Source of the DNA: Camelus ferus
Lineage: Eukaryota
DNA: 64,000 bases
Assembly (NCBI RefSeq): GCF_009834535.1
Contig: NC_045696.1
Location: 74,650,001-74,714,000 of the forward strand
Reading direction: 5' to 3'
Position numbers and translations under genes: made by a program. The first letter of the stretch is position 1, and every line of letters starts with the position of its first letter. A model generated the notes under the pieces. It ran no database searches. It was not told the DNA's origin and saw only the letters and a program-made list of their open reading frames with translations. Below are positions 1-12,023 of the stretch, one piece after another.

Positions 1-2640
1 TCCAGCCAAAAACCTGGTATCTTTTTATGTACAGCTCTGCTCTTAAATTCTCAAAGGGAGAGCAGTTTTAGTGGAAAATGAGATACAGCTAAAATGCAGT
101 CTACACATTTTAATAAAAGATTCCAAATAATAAGAATCAGGTATGCCAAAATAAACAAACTACATTGTTAGAAAGTTATAAGAGGTTATTTCGACAAAAA
201 GCAACGTTTAAAAAAGAACCTAAGAGTTTAAGAACTAACTAATGGCATTTACTTAAAGAAAATGATTCAAATAAAGGCAGGCATTATATGTGCGATAAAA
301 ATCTGAATGCCCCAATATCTACAATGTTTAAAAATTAGAACCTCAATATTCAGTGAGAATGGTGTTCAATCCAATAGAATATTATTTAAATGATATTTAG
401 TTAACTACATAGAAACACGGAAATGTTTATGCCACGTTAATGTTAAAAATGCAAAATTCATCTTCCCTGAAAAGTCTTTGTAGCAGTTAAAATCATAGAC
501 AAAAATTAGAAGGAAATCTGGACAAATGAAAATCGTGAGTGGGGGAGCTTTATTCTTAAATTTTTCTTTATTATTATGTATAATAAATTTAAGTAACCAA
601 AGTACAAATCTTTCATTTTTGTGTACAGATTCAACTCATGTAACACATTATCTATGTGTCTCTTTTTCACAGAAAATATACTTAATGCTAATTCAGATCT
701 TACCTGGCCAAAAACAGTGATAAACTAAGCCCCCCGACCCTGCCAAAAAAAAAAAAAAAAAAAAAAAAACTGCTCTGATATTGACTAGGTACTAAGCCTG
801 GGCAAGTTCTTTCCAAGTTCATTTTCCTCATGAGTAAGCTATGAGTAATAATTACCTACCCAAGACTTTGAGAGGATGAAATAAAGTAAGTTTTTAAGGC
901 ACCTAGTACAGGATCGGTAGGTATTAGGGGCTCCACAGACAGTAGCTGCCACCCCCCTTACCACCACATCATCTCTTCCCTACGCTCCACACAACTAACA
1001 TGATTGGCAGCTCCAAAGCAATCCTGAAATAAGCTTCAGGAGGACCAGGATATCATGGGGGATCTTCTGTGTGATCTGAGTATAGAGAAGATGCAAACTT
1101 CAAATGCTTCCAGGCTGTAGCTTTAAGAGCAGGAAATGAGTCTAATTCACCTTCCATAACCTTAGCCCCAGCCCAGCGCCCAGCGCCCAGCACACACCAC
1201 ACATTCAGTACATGCCTGTGAAAGGAGACTTTAGGAAGTTCACAACACCAGCATGCCAAGGACAAGAGCAAGGCCAGAGCATCCAAAGTGTTGTTAGAAT
1301 TTTTTTTAATTGGTAACTGATGCATTGTTTAAACAAGGACTGCTGTCATGCAAAACGCAGAGCTTTGATGAGCTCCGTTACACTTAGTTTATAGTTTACT
1401 TTTATTTTAAAGTCAATGGGATCGAAGGGCACCACGATCTTTCCCAGACATCTTAATCCAATGCAGGGGAAAGTCACCAGAGGTAACCTACACTCTGATT
1501 CTAAGGGACAAATCTAAGGTTTCTCCTCAATACATGTGACCCCCACAATCCTAGGTATAAATCCACCTTTCTGTATTTCTCTGACTGGAGTCTCACCACC
1601 CCAAAAATACCTAGTTGAGGAACCTACAGAGTAACCACAGCCTAAGAACCAGCAAAACAAAGACTCCCAACCTCTCCAGCAGCTAAATTCCACTGGGAAT
1701 ATTAACTGGCAATCCTGGGTTCTTTTTCTAAGTCAAAAAAAATTTTTTTTCTAATACCTCTTCCTCAACTCTACTTCAATGATCCTCTCAGATTCCTAGA
1801 AGTGGCTGGGACCACAGCCATTTCCAAGAAGTCACTACAAAGCAGCACAGTCGAGGAAAGAATCCCTAAATCAAACGAGAGCTCTGAAGCCTGGCTCAGA
1901 GTTCTCTCGGCCTGACCACGTGGACTTTAACTTATGAGCTGGAGATGAGCAGGCTGCTGCTCCGGGGCTGTGAAATCTCACGAACTGCTCAAGAAGGCAC
2001 AGGGGGATGGTCCTTGTGCACAGACCCGGCCCTAGGACCTACTTCAGAAGGAAATGGCAAAATGGGGTTTACGTCAACCTTCTGGTCATTATAGGCACAG
2101 ATGAGTTTTCTGAACAGGCCCGTTCCTGGAACTTTCCACAAATGTTATTTTCAACCTGTCCCTGGTGAAACACACATGCCAGGGCTACAGCCAAAACAGT
2201 GGAACGGAAGCTCTCTGGGGTTTAGCGGTCACTCTTTGATCTCCCAGTCTACAGACACAGAACATTTACTCTTATCTGTGAAAGTGGGGAGGTGTCAATA
2301 AAAATGTGAATATTTAACACTATTTTCATGACATAACAAAGACATGGTATTTTTTTTAATTCACTGCATTAGCAGTTATTTACACATCTATACACATTTG
2401 TAGTTTTACTGTAAAAAAAAAATACATATGAGATTAGGCCAGAATCACATCACGAGTCCTGGGGTATTTCTTTGAAGATCCCAGACTCCCTTACATCCCC
2501 ACTACTCTCCTTCTATCTCATTAAACAGTAACTTTTATACCTGCCTATTCCCCAAAGTCACAATCTTTCATACAGCTGTAAGTTATCCTTGTAAAAGACA
2601 GCCTAATAGTGTCCCTTTCCAGCTTAAACAACATTATTGC

Positions 2641-3170
2641 AGAGCTACACACACTTTCTCGGTTCACAGCACCGTTAAGCACCCCAGCAATTTTTGCACA
2701 GCAGCCCTAAGCCAAAAGAAATGCCTAGTAGTTCTGTTTATTTAGTAGTTAGGTCCAGATAACTTAATAAGCATTTACATTCTAACAAGTTAGTAACCAT
2801 TTGAAAAAAATAATACACATATATTCAAAGAAAAATGTTTTATTTCACTCCTATATAGTCATAATTCCTTACTAATGGGCTGTGTGTGCCTGCTGGGCAC
2901 TGCTCAACTTTTCTCTTTGAATGAGACTGGACACTGTCTCCCATATTCCTATTCCACATTATTTTCCTGTGGTACTTGCCTTTTACCATAGAAAACACCA
3001 AAAAAGCAGCTTCAGAAAGAGATGAAATTAATGAAACTACAACAAGCTAATCATTCATGCAATGTTCAAGCATCACTGTTTCCTTGAAGAGTTAAAACAT
3101 CCCATGATGGACCTGTGAGTTCGCTGCAACACCCTAAGATGCCTCAGAACACAGTTTGGGAACCAAAATG
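2641..3170 (-). mobile_element. hAT-Charlie-type non-autonomous DNA transposon
   Basis: Ends with cacagtttgggaacca, a typical hAT terminus. The subfamily was not determined. Confidence 0.55.
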
Positions 3171-3950
3171 TTAATGCTCCCTCCTGCCTATAGGAAAAAA
3201 GCCTGCAAGTATGGTATATGTCTAGACTATTGCTGGAAGAATACACAAGACATATAAGGATGCACAAACAGAAAATACTGTTTGTCTCTGGGCAGGGTAA
3301 CCAAGTGGCAAGGAGATAGGGAAGGGAGAGAGAAACTTACTTTTCATTATGGAGGCTCCAATAAAGTTTCAATTTTAAGCAATGCCCATGTGTTATGTAT
3401 TCAAAGGATATTTTTTAAATCCTAACTACTAAAAGAAGTATAAAGTTTAAGTGATTCAAAAATTAGCAATAACTGTCATTGTTGATTTAAAAAAAAATTA
3501 CCAGCAAAAGCTAGAGCTGAGGGAAGGATTCTTAACTGGGGTGTGACTTAAATGACTGTCCAGGTATTCAGAAGGAAGAGTGACTTGAATGTCGAGGGGC
3601 AGAATGGGGCTCAGGAGACTCGGGTAAGCCATTCAGCCTCAGTTTCCCTTGTAAAATCAATACTGAAGGTCCTAACTGAATGATTCAACAGTTTCAACGT
3701 CACTGTTGAGCCAATGGAAAAGGAATTAGTCACAAAGTCATTAAGTGAACAGGGGGGAACCCTCTATCCAGGAGAAAGCATTAGTCATCTGCCTGTGTTC
3801 TGTGAGGGGGAAGAAGGGTCATCTTAACTACGCTTCAGTAGCAATGAAAAAGTACTTTCTAGTTGAAGAAACAAAGAGACTGCAAGAGAGTTCTGAGTTC
3901 TCTTCCTCTTCATGAAGAGACAGCCCAATGTCTCTTTTAGGAAGGACTCA

Positions 3951-4509
3951 TGCTGAGGCTACTAGCTGCCTCCCAGCATTCATTCTCCATTTCTTCCTCA
4001 GTAACAGACTTTATTCAGTGAGGCACACGGTATAGGCATGTGACCAAGTTCTGACCAGAGAGGTGTAAACTTAAGTTCTGTGTGGGGATTTGTGAGAAGG
4101 CTGACAAAAGGAAGCTGAATCCACTGGGAGATAAGGTTTTTCTTTTCTGTCCTTCCCTCTTTGTCTTCCCTACTTTCCAGAAGGGGGACATGATGGCTAG
4201 ACTTCCAGCAGCCATTTTAGGCCATGAAGTGACCATGAAGGTTGGAAATCACAGGGCAAGATGGAGGGTGAAACAGAAATATGGGAAGAACCTAGATCAT
4301 GATCAACATGAGGCCACCACATCAGCCTGCACTTGCCGCTTCCTAACATCTGCATGAAATGAGAAAAACAGTTACCTTATTTAAATTCACCAGTTTTGGG
4401 GGTTTTGGAGGGGGGTCATCTTTTTTTGTTTTTGTTTTTTGGTTTTTATTCTTTAAAATCACCAGTATTTTAAGTTTCCTGTTACATAACCAGAGGCATG
4501 CCTAATACA
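3951..4509 (+). mobile_element. Old MaLR (MLT1-type) solo LTR
   Basis: Contains gatggctagacttccagcagccattttaggccatgaag and ends ...gttacataacc...cctaataca. Confidence 0.65.
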
Positions 4510-5161
4510 ATCCTTCACTGAAATTAATTTACAGGCCACACCAACCTGAAAACAGAGCTGTGATCAGTGTGGCAAGAGAAGAGGGCCTGCTGTTGGGAGA
4601 TAAGAAGCACCAGCTGAGGAGCTGTAAGTCACGACTCACAAAACCAAATTCTTACTGACATAAAATTAGCGAAGCATCTGAGTATAAAATAACAGAGAGA
4701 AACGGTGCCTAGGACAAACCCCAGAGTGCCTACAGCATTCAAATTTACATTTTTTAAAAACTGGTACAGTCCAAATGGAACATTTTTACTGGGCTGTGAG
4801 TTTCAGGCACACCCTGTGGCTTTCTAAGACATGGAATGTTGAGAAAACACAGAGAACAGCCTGTAGAAGAAGTCCCACTGAAATGAAAGGGAGGGCTGGT
4901 GCTCCCAGGAGGGGGCCACACTGAAGCCCAAAACCTCAGTGCTTACCTTTGGATTAACTTTTAAAGCAATTACTTGACAATATCTTCTACCACCAAAATG
5001 ACCACTAGAAAAATCAAACTGCAAGGTCTTTTGAGTAAAAGACATAAAGGTTAAAAGACAAGAGGTCAACTAACTTCTTTATTCAACCAAAGAAAATAAT
5101 GAAAAAATAACAACAGCGAGTCAAAATGTTTAATTATTTCCACCTTCAAGAATGCCGTGCT

Positions 5162-5340
5162 GGGGGCAAAGGGTGTAGCTCAGTGGTAAAGTGCGTGCAT
5201 AGCACAGAGATCCTGGGTTCAATTCCTAGTACCTCCATTTTAAAAAACATTGTTTTTAATAAATAAATAAACCTAATTATCTACCCTCTACCCACTCCAC
5301 ACACCCCCAAAAAAAGAAAAAAAAAGTGTTTTTTTAAAAA
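5162..5340 (+). mobile_element. Vic-1-type camelid tRNA-derived SINE
   Basis: A-box TAGCTCAGTGG, B-box GGTTCAATTCC and the aataaataaacctaattat...cccc tail. TSD AAGAATGCCGTGCTG (5148-5162) / AAGAATGTCATGCTG (5341-5355). Confidence 0.85.
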
Positions 5341-5873
5341 AAGAATGTCATGCTGATGTCACTGAATTCAGAAGAAGTCAATTATCTCTATTATTGGAAG
5401 GGAGCCAAAAGTTTACAACCAAAACATCAGAATGCAGTCACTTTAGCTTTCAGGCCCATTCTAAGCTGCTCTGAGTTTAATTGGTTGACTGGGGTTGTGG
5501 TCCAAACACATGCCGAGCAGTGCGAAAGATTGGCCAGGGTGGAAAAACCCACTGCAGATAAGCCTCATCAAGAAAACCACAACTTGAAAATCGAGAGAGA
5601 AAGTTAGCAAGTGGGCCCAGCGCAGAGCGACAGAGAATCAAAGCAGGAAGGAAACTCAGCCCCATGACTGTTTCCAATGGCTGTACTTTTCAAATAATTA
5701 ATGTCTTTTTATTACAGTTTGTTACAGAAAAAAATCAAATACAGATAAGCAAAAAGAAGAAAATAAAAATTACCTCAATCCCACCACCAGGAAAGAGCTA
5801 CTATTAACAATTTGGAGTATATTTTGCCAGACTCTACCAGACTTTCAGTAATCTATGTACATGTGTATATGTG

Positions 5874-5874
<1 letters not shown>

Positions 5875-5905
<31 letters not shown>

Positions 5906-5950
5906 ATATACACACACGCACATACATATATGCACACACATACACACATA
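5875..5950 (+). repeat. (CA)n/(CATA) microsatellite
   Basis: Directly visible. Confidence 0.9.
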
Positions 5951-6089
5951 TGTGAGTATATATGTATAGATGAAATCACAATATGCAAACAACTTTGAAA
6001 TTCCTCTCAAACAATAATCCCAGCAATTTAGGGGTATAAACCTGCTTGTTCAAAAATTAATAAACCACTTCTTCTCTCAGGAAAACCAT

Positions 6090-6760
6090 ATCAGAAGCTT
6101 AATATGAAATATGATCATGATTACATGATACAGAAACCACTACGAATTTGCATGAGCAAAAAACCTTTTCTTCTGAATGAGGCAGACAGAAAATCACCAT
6201 CAGGCAAACACCACAGTAATCCCTGTTGCAGGCAAGACCCACTGATGGACGATAAAATTAGCCAGCAAACTTTGAGGAGAAACAAGTATTAGCGTAATCT
6301 CAAAGTACCACTCCTGAGATTCTGATTAATTACACTTTAACTTTGCAGTGGAGAAACCCAACAGACACCACCTTCACAAGGGATCAAGGTTAACCTCACC
6401 AGTGTGAAGACATCCCAGCTTCATGTGCGCCCTGATATCAGGCACCGTGGAGGGCCCATCACCCCTACAGTATTCTTGCCAAAAATGCATGACCTCAGAC
6501 TTACCATGAGGAAACACGAGAAACCCAAACTGAGGTACATTCTACAAAATAACTGGCAAGTAGTCTTCAAAAGTGTCATAAAAGTGCCACGATTATTAAA
6601 GACAAAAAAAGACTGAGGAACTATCATAGATTAGGATTAAGCAAACATGACAACCAAATGCAACATAGGATCCTGGAACAAAAAGAGGACATTAGTGGAA
6701 AACATGGTAAAATCCGAATAATCTGTCGTTTTGCTAATATTAAAAAAAGAAAAAAAGAAA
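6090..6760 (+). mobile_element. L1MC-type 3'UTR fragment
   Basis: Contains ggatcaaggttaacctcaccag and cccaaactgaggtacattctacaaaataactgg motifs, then an A-tail. Confidence 0.7.
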
Positions 6761-7058
6761 ACCTGCCTCTTCATTAAAGGCAGTGGAAAAAAAGAGACCA
6801 GAAGCAGAATCACAATTACTCTCCACTCACTATAAAAACAATTGTTTCAAAACACTAACCCAACAAGAGTGCTGAGAGCATCCTTCACCACTGGGTAAAC
6901 ACGAAGTAGAGAAAGATCATCTGGAATTAAATTGGCTCCTCTCATCCTTAAACTGTAGAGCAATAAACAACCTATTATTTAAACCGAACATGCACATGCA
7001 CATGCACACACATACACAGAGAAAATCCGGGCACACTATTGATAACTATTTACATTAC

Positions 7059-7119
7059 CTAAAAAAATCTTGGAATTCCTCCTTTTGGGTAAAGCTCCAC
7101 CAGATGCCCCTCTTACCTT
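7059..7119 (-). CDS. USP13: USP13 coding exon 3
   Basis: ttttcttttcag|AAG...TTA G|gtaatg. The exon is 61 nt and translates to KVRGASGGALPKRRNSKIFL plus 1 nt, in frame with exon 2. No further exon was found in 1-7058. Confidence 0.95.
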
Positions 7120-8639
7120 CTGAAAAGAAAACAAGAGATTGTTAAAATGCAGCCTATGCAACAGACAATGGAGGCATGGGACAGGGGGCACATCTCAGAG
7201 TTCCCGGTTTTTATAAGAGGCCAAAAGGAAATATTCAACCTGAACTAGAGATCCCAGGATAAACAGGAACTTGACCCAAGTCCATGAAGGTAGGTAAAGG
7301 GCAATGCTACTGTTCCACTGGATTATGTTTTCACCAAATTATCAAGTAAGCACTTCTGGAAAGGGAAGTGAAACCAGGAATCGAGGTGAAGTGGGCACTT
7401 CAACTGCAAATCGGCACATGCTCCCAAGAGGCCTGGGGTCCATGCCTGAGGTGGGAGCTACTCCGGAGTGATGGTGGTGGCCCCAGGAGGGAGACTCTTG
7501 TTCCCCTGCAACCCACCCACCGGACCCCTGTGCTTGGTCCTGGGTGTGCACAACAATTACTGTTGAAAGAGTTCATAATTATTAATAAAGAGTCACTGAT
7601 GTTCTGGTCATATTAAACCTCAATCTAACCTCCCTAGGCACTTCTGGAGCTCCACCGATCAGCCATGTTTGCCATCCTAAGCTTCATGTATCTTCCATCC
7701 CCGGCCCCAGTGCAAGGACATAAACAGCCATCAAGTGGTTATGCAAAAGAGGTCATTCATTCACTCATTCCCCTTCTGATTCACACTAAGAATTTTACTC
7801 TCAAATAGCATAATTAAAACGTTTGTCTCAAAAGGCCAAAACCGTATTTCTACACTGCATGTGCCTCCCGTTATTAGAAAAGAGCACGTTTCCAACACGC
7901 TGCGGCGTTGGGGTCGAAAGCCTGGCCTCTTTTCAAGCAGCCACACCTTATGGCAGCATCGAGGCCTTGCCTGCTTCTTTAGTCTCTCCTCCCGTCAATC
8001 TTAAGTCTCCTTTCCCACATTTTATCATTTGGCAATAAAGGCGGAGACTCATCTTTGCGAATTCTCACAATAAGTTTTTACAGCTTCTAGTACAAGTTTA
8101 TAGTTCACATCTTAGGAATGTGAAAATTACTGAAGGCTTTAGCTCAAAAACCTGTCTCTCCAAACACTAATGCCACGTTCATGTCACCTTTCTTGGAATC
8201 CGCCTCCTCCGACATCGCAGAGCCTCTGTTCCTCTCCCCTCCACTTAACGCCTCAAAAAATGCTGAAATAAAACCTGCACCAATAGCATATTTAACAAGC
8301 CACATTTACCAATCCTGGAGGTCACCTGAAATCTCTCTACAGAAGTTTACGGCATCCTTTTAATTGTTCCAACCTCACTGTCCCCTCCGGCCCTGCGTGA
8401 CAGTGGAGGGAGAAGAGAAGAAAGGAACTGTTGGAACACGCAGCTCTCCTTGACTGTGAGAGTCACATCTGAGACTCGGATTAGATCCACTTCCTTTCAG
8501 AAAAGAAAAAAAAAAAAAAAAACTACTAGGTCTTCCTTCTGAAGACCATCACCTCTGTGCATGCAACAGTGACCACTAGAAATCAACAGGGTTTGAGAAA
8601 CTGGAACTCCTCAGTCAGCAGACGTGCCCGTCAGACTCC

Positions 8640-10400
8640 GTGCGGGAGTTCAGGATGCAGAGTGAATGAAGACACGCTCCATCCACTGAGGAGCTCGCCA
8701 GCCTAGTAGGGGAACATGCACACAAAGAGCAGGACAGACTCCGGTGAGTGTTACATGAGGTGAGGATCACATCATAAGAAAGAAATGATAGTTCTTCTGG
8801 GGATGGAGGGTTTGGGCAGGGCTGGTGAGGGAGGAAGAGCAGCAGGCCTGGCATACAGCAGCTGCTCAGAGAGTATGTGTTGGTTGGTTGGATGGATGGA
8901 TGATGACAGATGGACAGGTGGATGGATGGATGGATGATGACAGAGGGACAGGTGGGTGGATGGATGGATGGACAGATGGATATCCTAACCTCAGGGAGTA
9001 CAACAGGTAAAAGGAGCAGATAGGAGTAGAAGTAGGGTATCCCCCCCCCCCCAGAAAAAAACAGCATGTACAAGTGCCTAACATCACAGTGTGTCCAGAA
9101 AGAAGTGGTCTGCTGTGTCTGGAGCCCAGAGCTGATGGAGTACGAGGGAGGGATAGAAAGGTTACAGGGGTTAGATCATGGAGAGCCTTGTAATCACACG
9201 CAGAAGAGTCTGGACTTCATCCTGCAAAATAGAGAAAGACATCTGGGATTTAAGCTCCAGTGTGCCACCGATGCACAGATGGATGCGTCTGTGAAAAGAT
9301 CGCTTGGGGTGCAGTGGACAGACTAGGTGGGATTAAAGGCGGCAAGTCTGAAGGAAGATTAGTCGGGAAGGCACAGCACTAGCCCTTTTAAGGGATGAGC
9401 ACTCACACAACAGTGGGGATGAAGAGGACAAGATGGACATCTGAGCCATTTGGGAGGCCCAGATAACTAGACTTGGTCACCAACCTGCCACAGAATGAAA
9501 GCAGATTGCAAAGGATGTCTCGGCCTTGAGAAATCAAGACGAAGAACAACTCGGAGAAAGAGGATAATTCATTCAGTCTGGGCACAATGAGCCTGAAGTA
9601 CCTATGAGGTGTTTGAGTAGAAGAAGCCAGGCCTGAGTCAGATGGTCAGGTCTCCAGCTCCGGAGAGATACTGATTTGCAAGTCACCAGCTCAGAGACAG
9701 CCGCTAAACAAAGGTATGGGTGACACGGATGAGGAAGAGCAGCTTTCAGAGAAAGAAGACAGGATGGTCAAATGGCATCCTAGGAAATGCCAGTATTTAA
9801 AGGATAAAGGAATGAAACGATGCCAGTGAAAGGAAGAGAGAAAGGGCAGTCTGCGAGCGGGGAAAGCCAGCAAAGAACGGTGCTAATGAAAGCAGGGGTG
9901 GAGCAGTTCCAAAAGGAAAATAAGTTCAAAGACTCAAAAATTCGTGTGAAATCAGAGCTAAAGCATATCCACCAAGTGTGGCAACTAAGAGGTCACTGAC
10001 AACCTCAGCGGTTTTAGCGGATTCACAGGAAGATGGATCAGACGGCAGTGGTGAACTTAAAGGGAGGTGGAGTGAAGATGAGGAGAACAGAAAAGTTTTA
10101 GAGAAGCTTTAATTGATGGATGGGATGACTGAAGGAGGACTCAAGTCAGAGGGACAGTTCTGAGGTGTGCTCTTTCCTAGCGTGGGAGAAAAAAGCCAGA
10201 AGAGGGAGGTGTTGGAGATATAAAAGGGAGTGGAGTTAATGAGGCAGGAGAACAGAGAGAACACAGCTTTCTGCAGAGATGGGAGGAAACCAAAGTGGAG
10301 CCACTGCAAATGAGTTCCCAGGAGGGGAGGAAGGAGCTCAGGGAGTTCCTGTCCAGCGGTCCCTGTTTTCTCTGGGAAGTACAAGTCCAGTTGTTTTCTG
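8640..10400 (-). mobile_element. L2 LINE remnant
   Basis: Purine-rich antisense L2 motifs (agagtctggacttcatcctg, gcctgaagtacctatgag, gcaactaagaggtcactgacaacc). Confidence 0.7.
8877..8980 (+). repeat. Imperfect (GGAT/GACA)n microsatellite
   Basis: tggatggatggatgatgacagatggacaggtggatggatgg... Confidence 0.9.
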
Positions 10401-11189
10401 AGAACGATGAGGGAGGTGCAGGTAGGGGCTCGCGGAAAGCACCCAAAGTTTGGAGTGGGAGAGGAAGTAGAGCAGGGTTGCAGGGCAGTGACAGGGCCCA
10501 GTGGAAAAGGCAAGGCCAGGAATTTGACACGGTCCCAAACCCCATGGCAGTGCGGGATTCCGAGCCGTGCGTGCGTGGAAGCAGAGGATGATACTGATGT
10601 GTGCACGGGCTGGGGTTCTGGAGGACAGCCAGGGAGGCAAGACAAGGGGATGAGGGTCAGTTGAGGGTATCAATAAAAAGAGAATGTTTCAAGTCATGGA
10701 TCCTGAGAATGAGGCTAAACAGGTCAAAACAGGAACAAATGGGTGAAAGAGCTAACATGAGAGAGGGCTGTGGTCGGAAAGTGAAATGCTTAAAGCGTCA
10801 GAGGCAGAGCTAACTGCATTCTCTAATTCTGCCACTAGCTTTGTGACCCTGAGCAAGTTGTTTCAAGCCTCTGGGCCTCAGTTTCATTTTTCCCTCCCAG
10901 TTTCCTAAAACGTCATCACTTTCCGCTAAGACAGATGATACAAAATGAACTTCATCAGAATTGCTATGTCCCACCTAACAGGAGTGGTGAATGTAAATCA
11001 CGTAACATCAGTCCAACGTTAGATTATTTTCAAGCTAATCATTCAGTTTATGACCTATCTGACCTCCTGGCCTTTCTTCCTCCTATTCTCCCCACTGTCC
11101 AACTAGGGGATCTCTCCTTTGTCCAGAACTTAAACAGAGAACATATTAGCTAGGCTAGGGTGAGAGAAAGATGAACTTTAAATCAGCAT

Positions 11190-12013
11190 GGACTATTCAG
11201 AAGATCCAAGACGGTCTACAAACTATTAGGACTAATGCAAAAGTTGAACAGTATTGCTAAACATAAAATCAATATTTGAAAATTAATAACATCCCCAAAC
11301 ACCATCAATAACCAATTAAAACACCTTAGAGGACAAAAGACAGCAGTAACAATAGTTCTAAAAATTATAGGGTACCCTTAGAAATCTAACAAAATAAAAG
11401 CTCCATTATTAAAAATTGCAAGATATTACTGAAGGGCATAAAAGAGACCTGAATCAATAGAGGGGTATGCCATGTTGAACAGTCATTCAATCAGTGTTTA
11501 TGAAGCACCTGCTATGTGCTGGGCACTGTTAAGTGCTGAGGACACAGAGGTGAACAAAGCAGACAAGAGTTCCTTCCTCATGGAGCTTACACAGTGCTGT
11601 GGATTATAGATCACCCTACAAATTCAGTGTTATCATGATCAAAATCTCAACAAGATTTTTTTAACTAGATGAACTGATTCCAAAATCTATATAGAAAAAT
11701 CAACATCTAAACCCATTAAATTTCTAGGAAAAAATGAACATGGAAGAAGTGCTTCTACTGCTAGATGTCAAGACCTTTGGGAACAGTACAGAGATATTTG
11801 TCTAAATAAGAGCAACAGAACAGAACTGAGAGCCCCCAAGCAGACCTAAGTGTGACTGGCAACTTAAAATATTTTTTTTTAATGGCACTATAAACCACTG
11901 AGAAGGACTGTACTACTCTAGTAATACCGAGACAATTAGTTATTAAAAAGGGGGAGGGGGAGGAGCAGAATCCCACATTTGACACAAGTATAAAAGTAGG
12001 TTATAGATGAATT
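11190..12013 (+). mobile_element. Old L1 (L1M-type) ORF2 remnant, left part; contains an L2 3' fragment at ~11480-11600
   Basis: A-rich, degenerate L1 ORF2-like sequence that resumes after the large L1 at 18249. Confidence 0.65.
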
Positions 12014-12023
12014 AGACCTAAAA

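Noticed and set aside
5162..5240. tRNA-like sequences with A/B boxes as tRNA genes (also 33200-33280, 61220-61295)
   Set aside because: They carry SINE tails and TSDs, so they are SINE heads.
5460..5690. Unique, moderately CpG-containing intronic segment with ORFs on both strands
   Set aside because: I recognised no protein or RNA family and no convincing splice-site pair. It could be regulatory, but the sequence alone does not support a call.
1..7058. USP13 exon 4
   Set aside because: I found no sequence encoding the expected DLDTDDDLNSDDYEYEDEAK-like peptide. It presumably lies beyond the window.
8615..10813. Cluster of 100-178 aa ORFs
   Set aside because: They lie over a GGAT microsatellite and a decayed L2, and show no recognisable protein.
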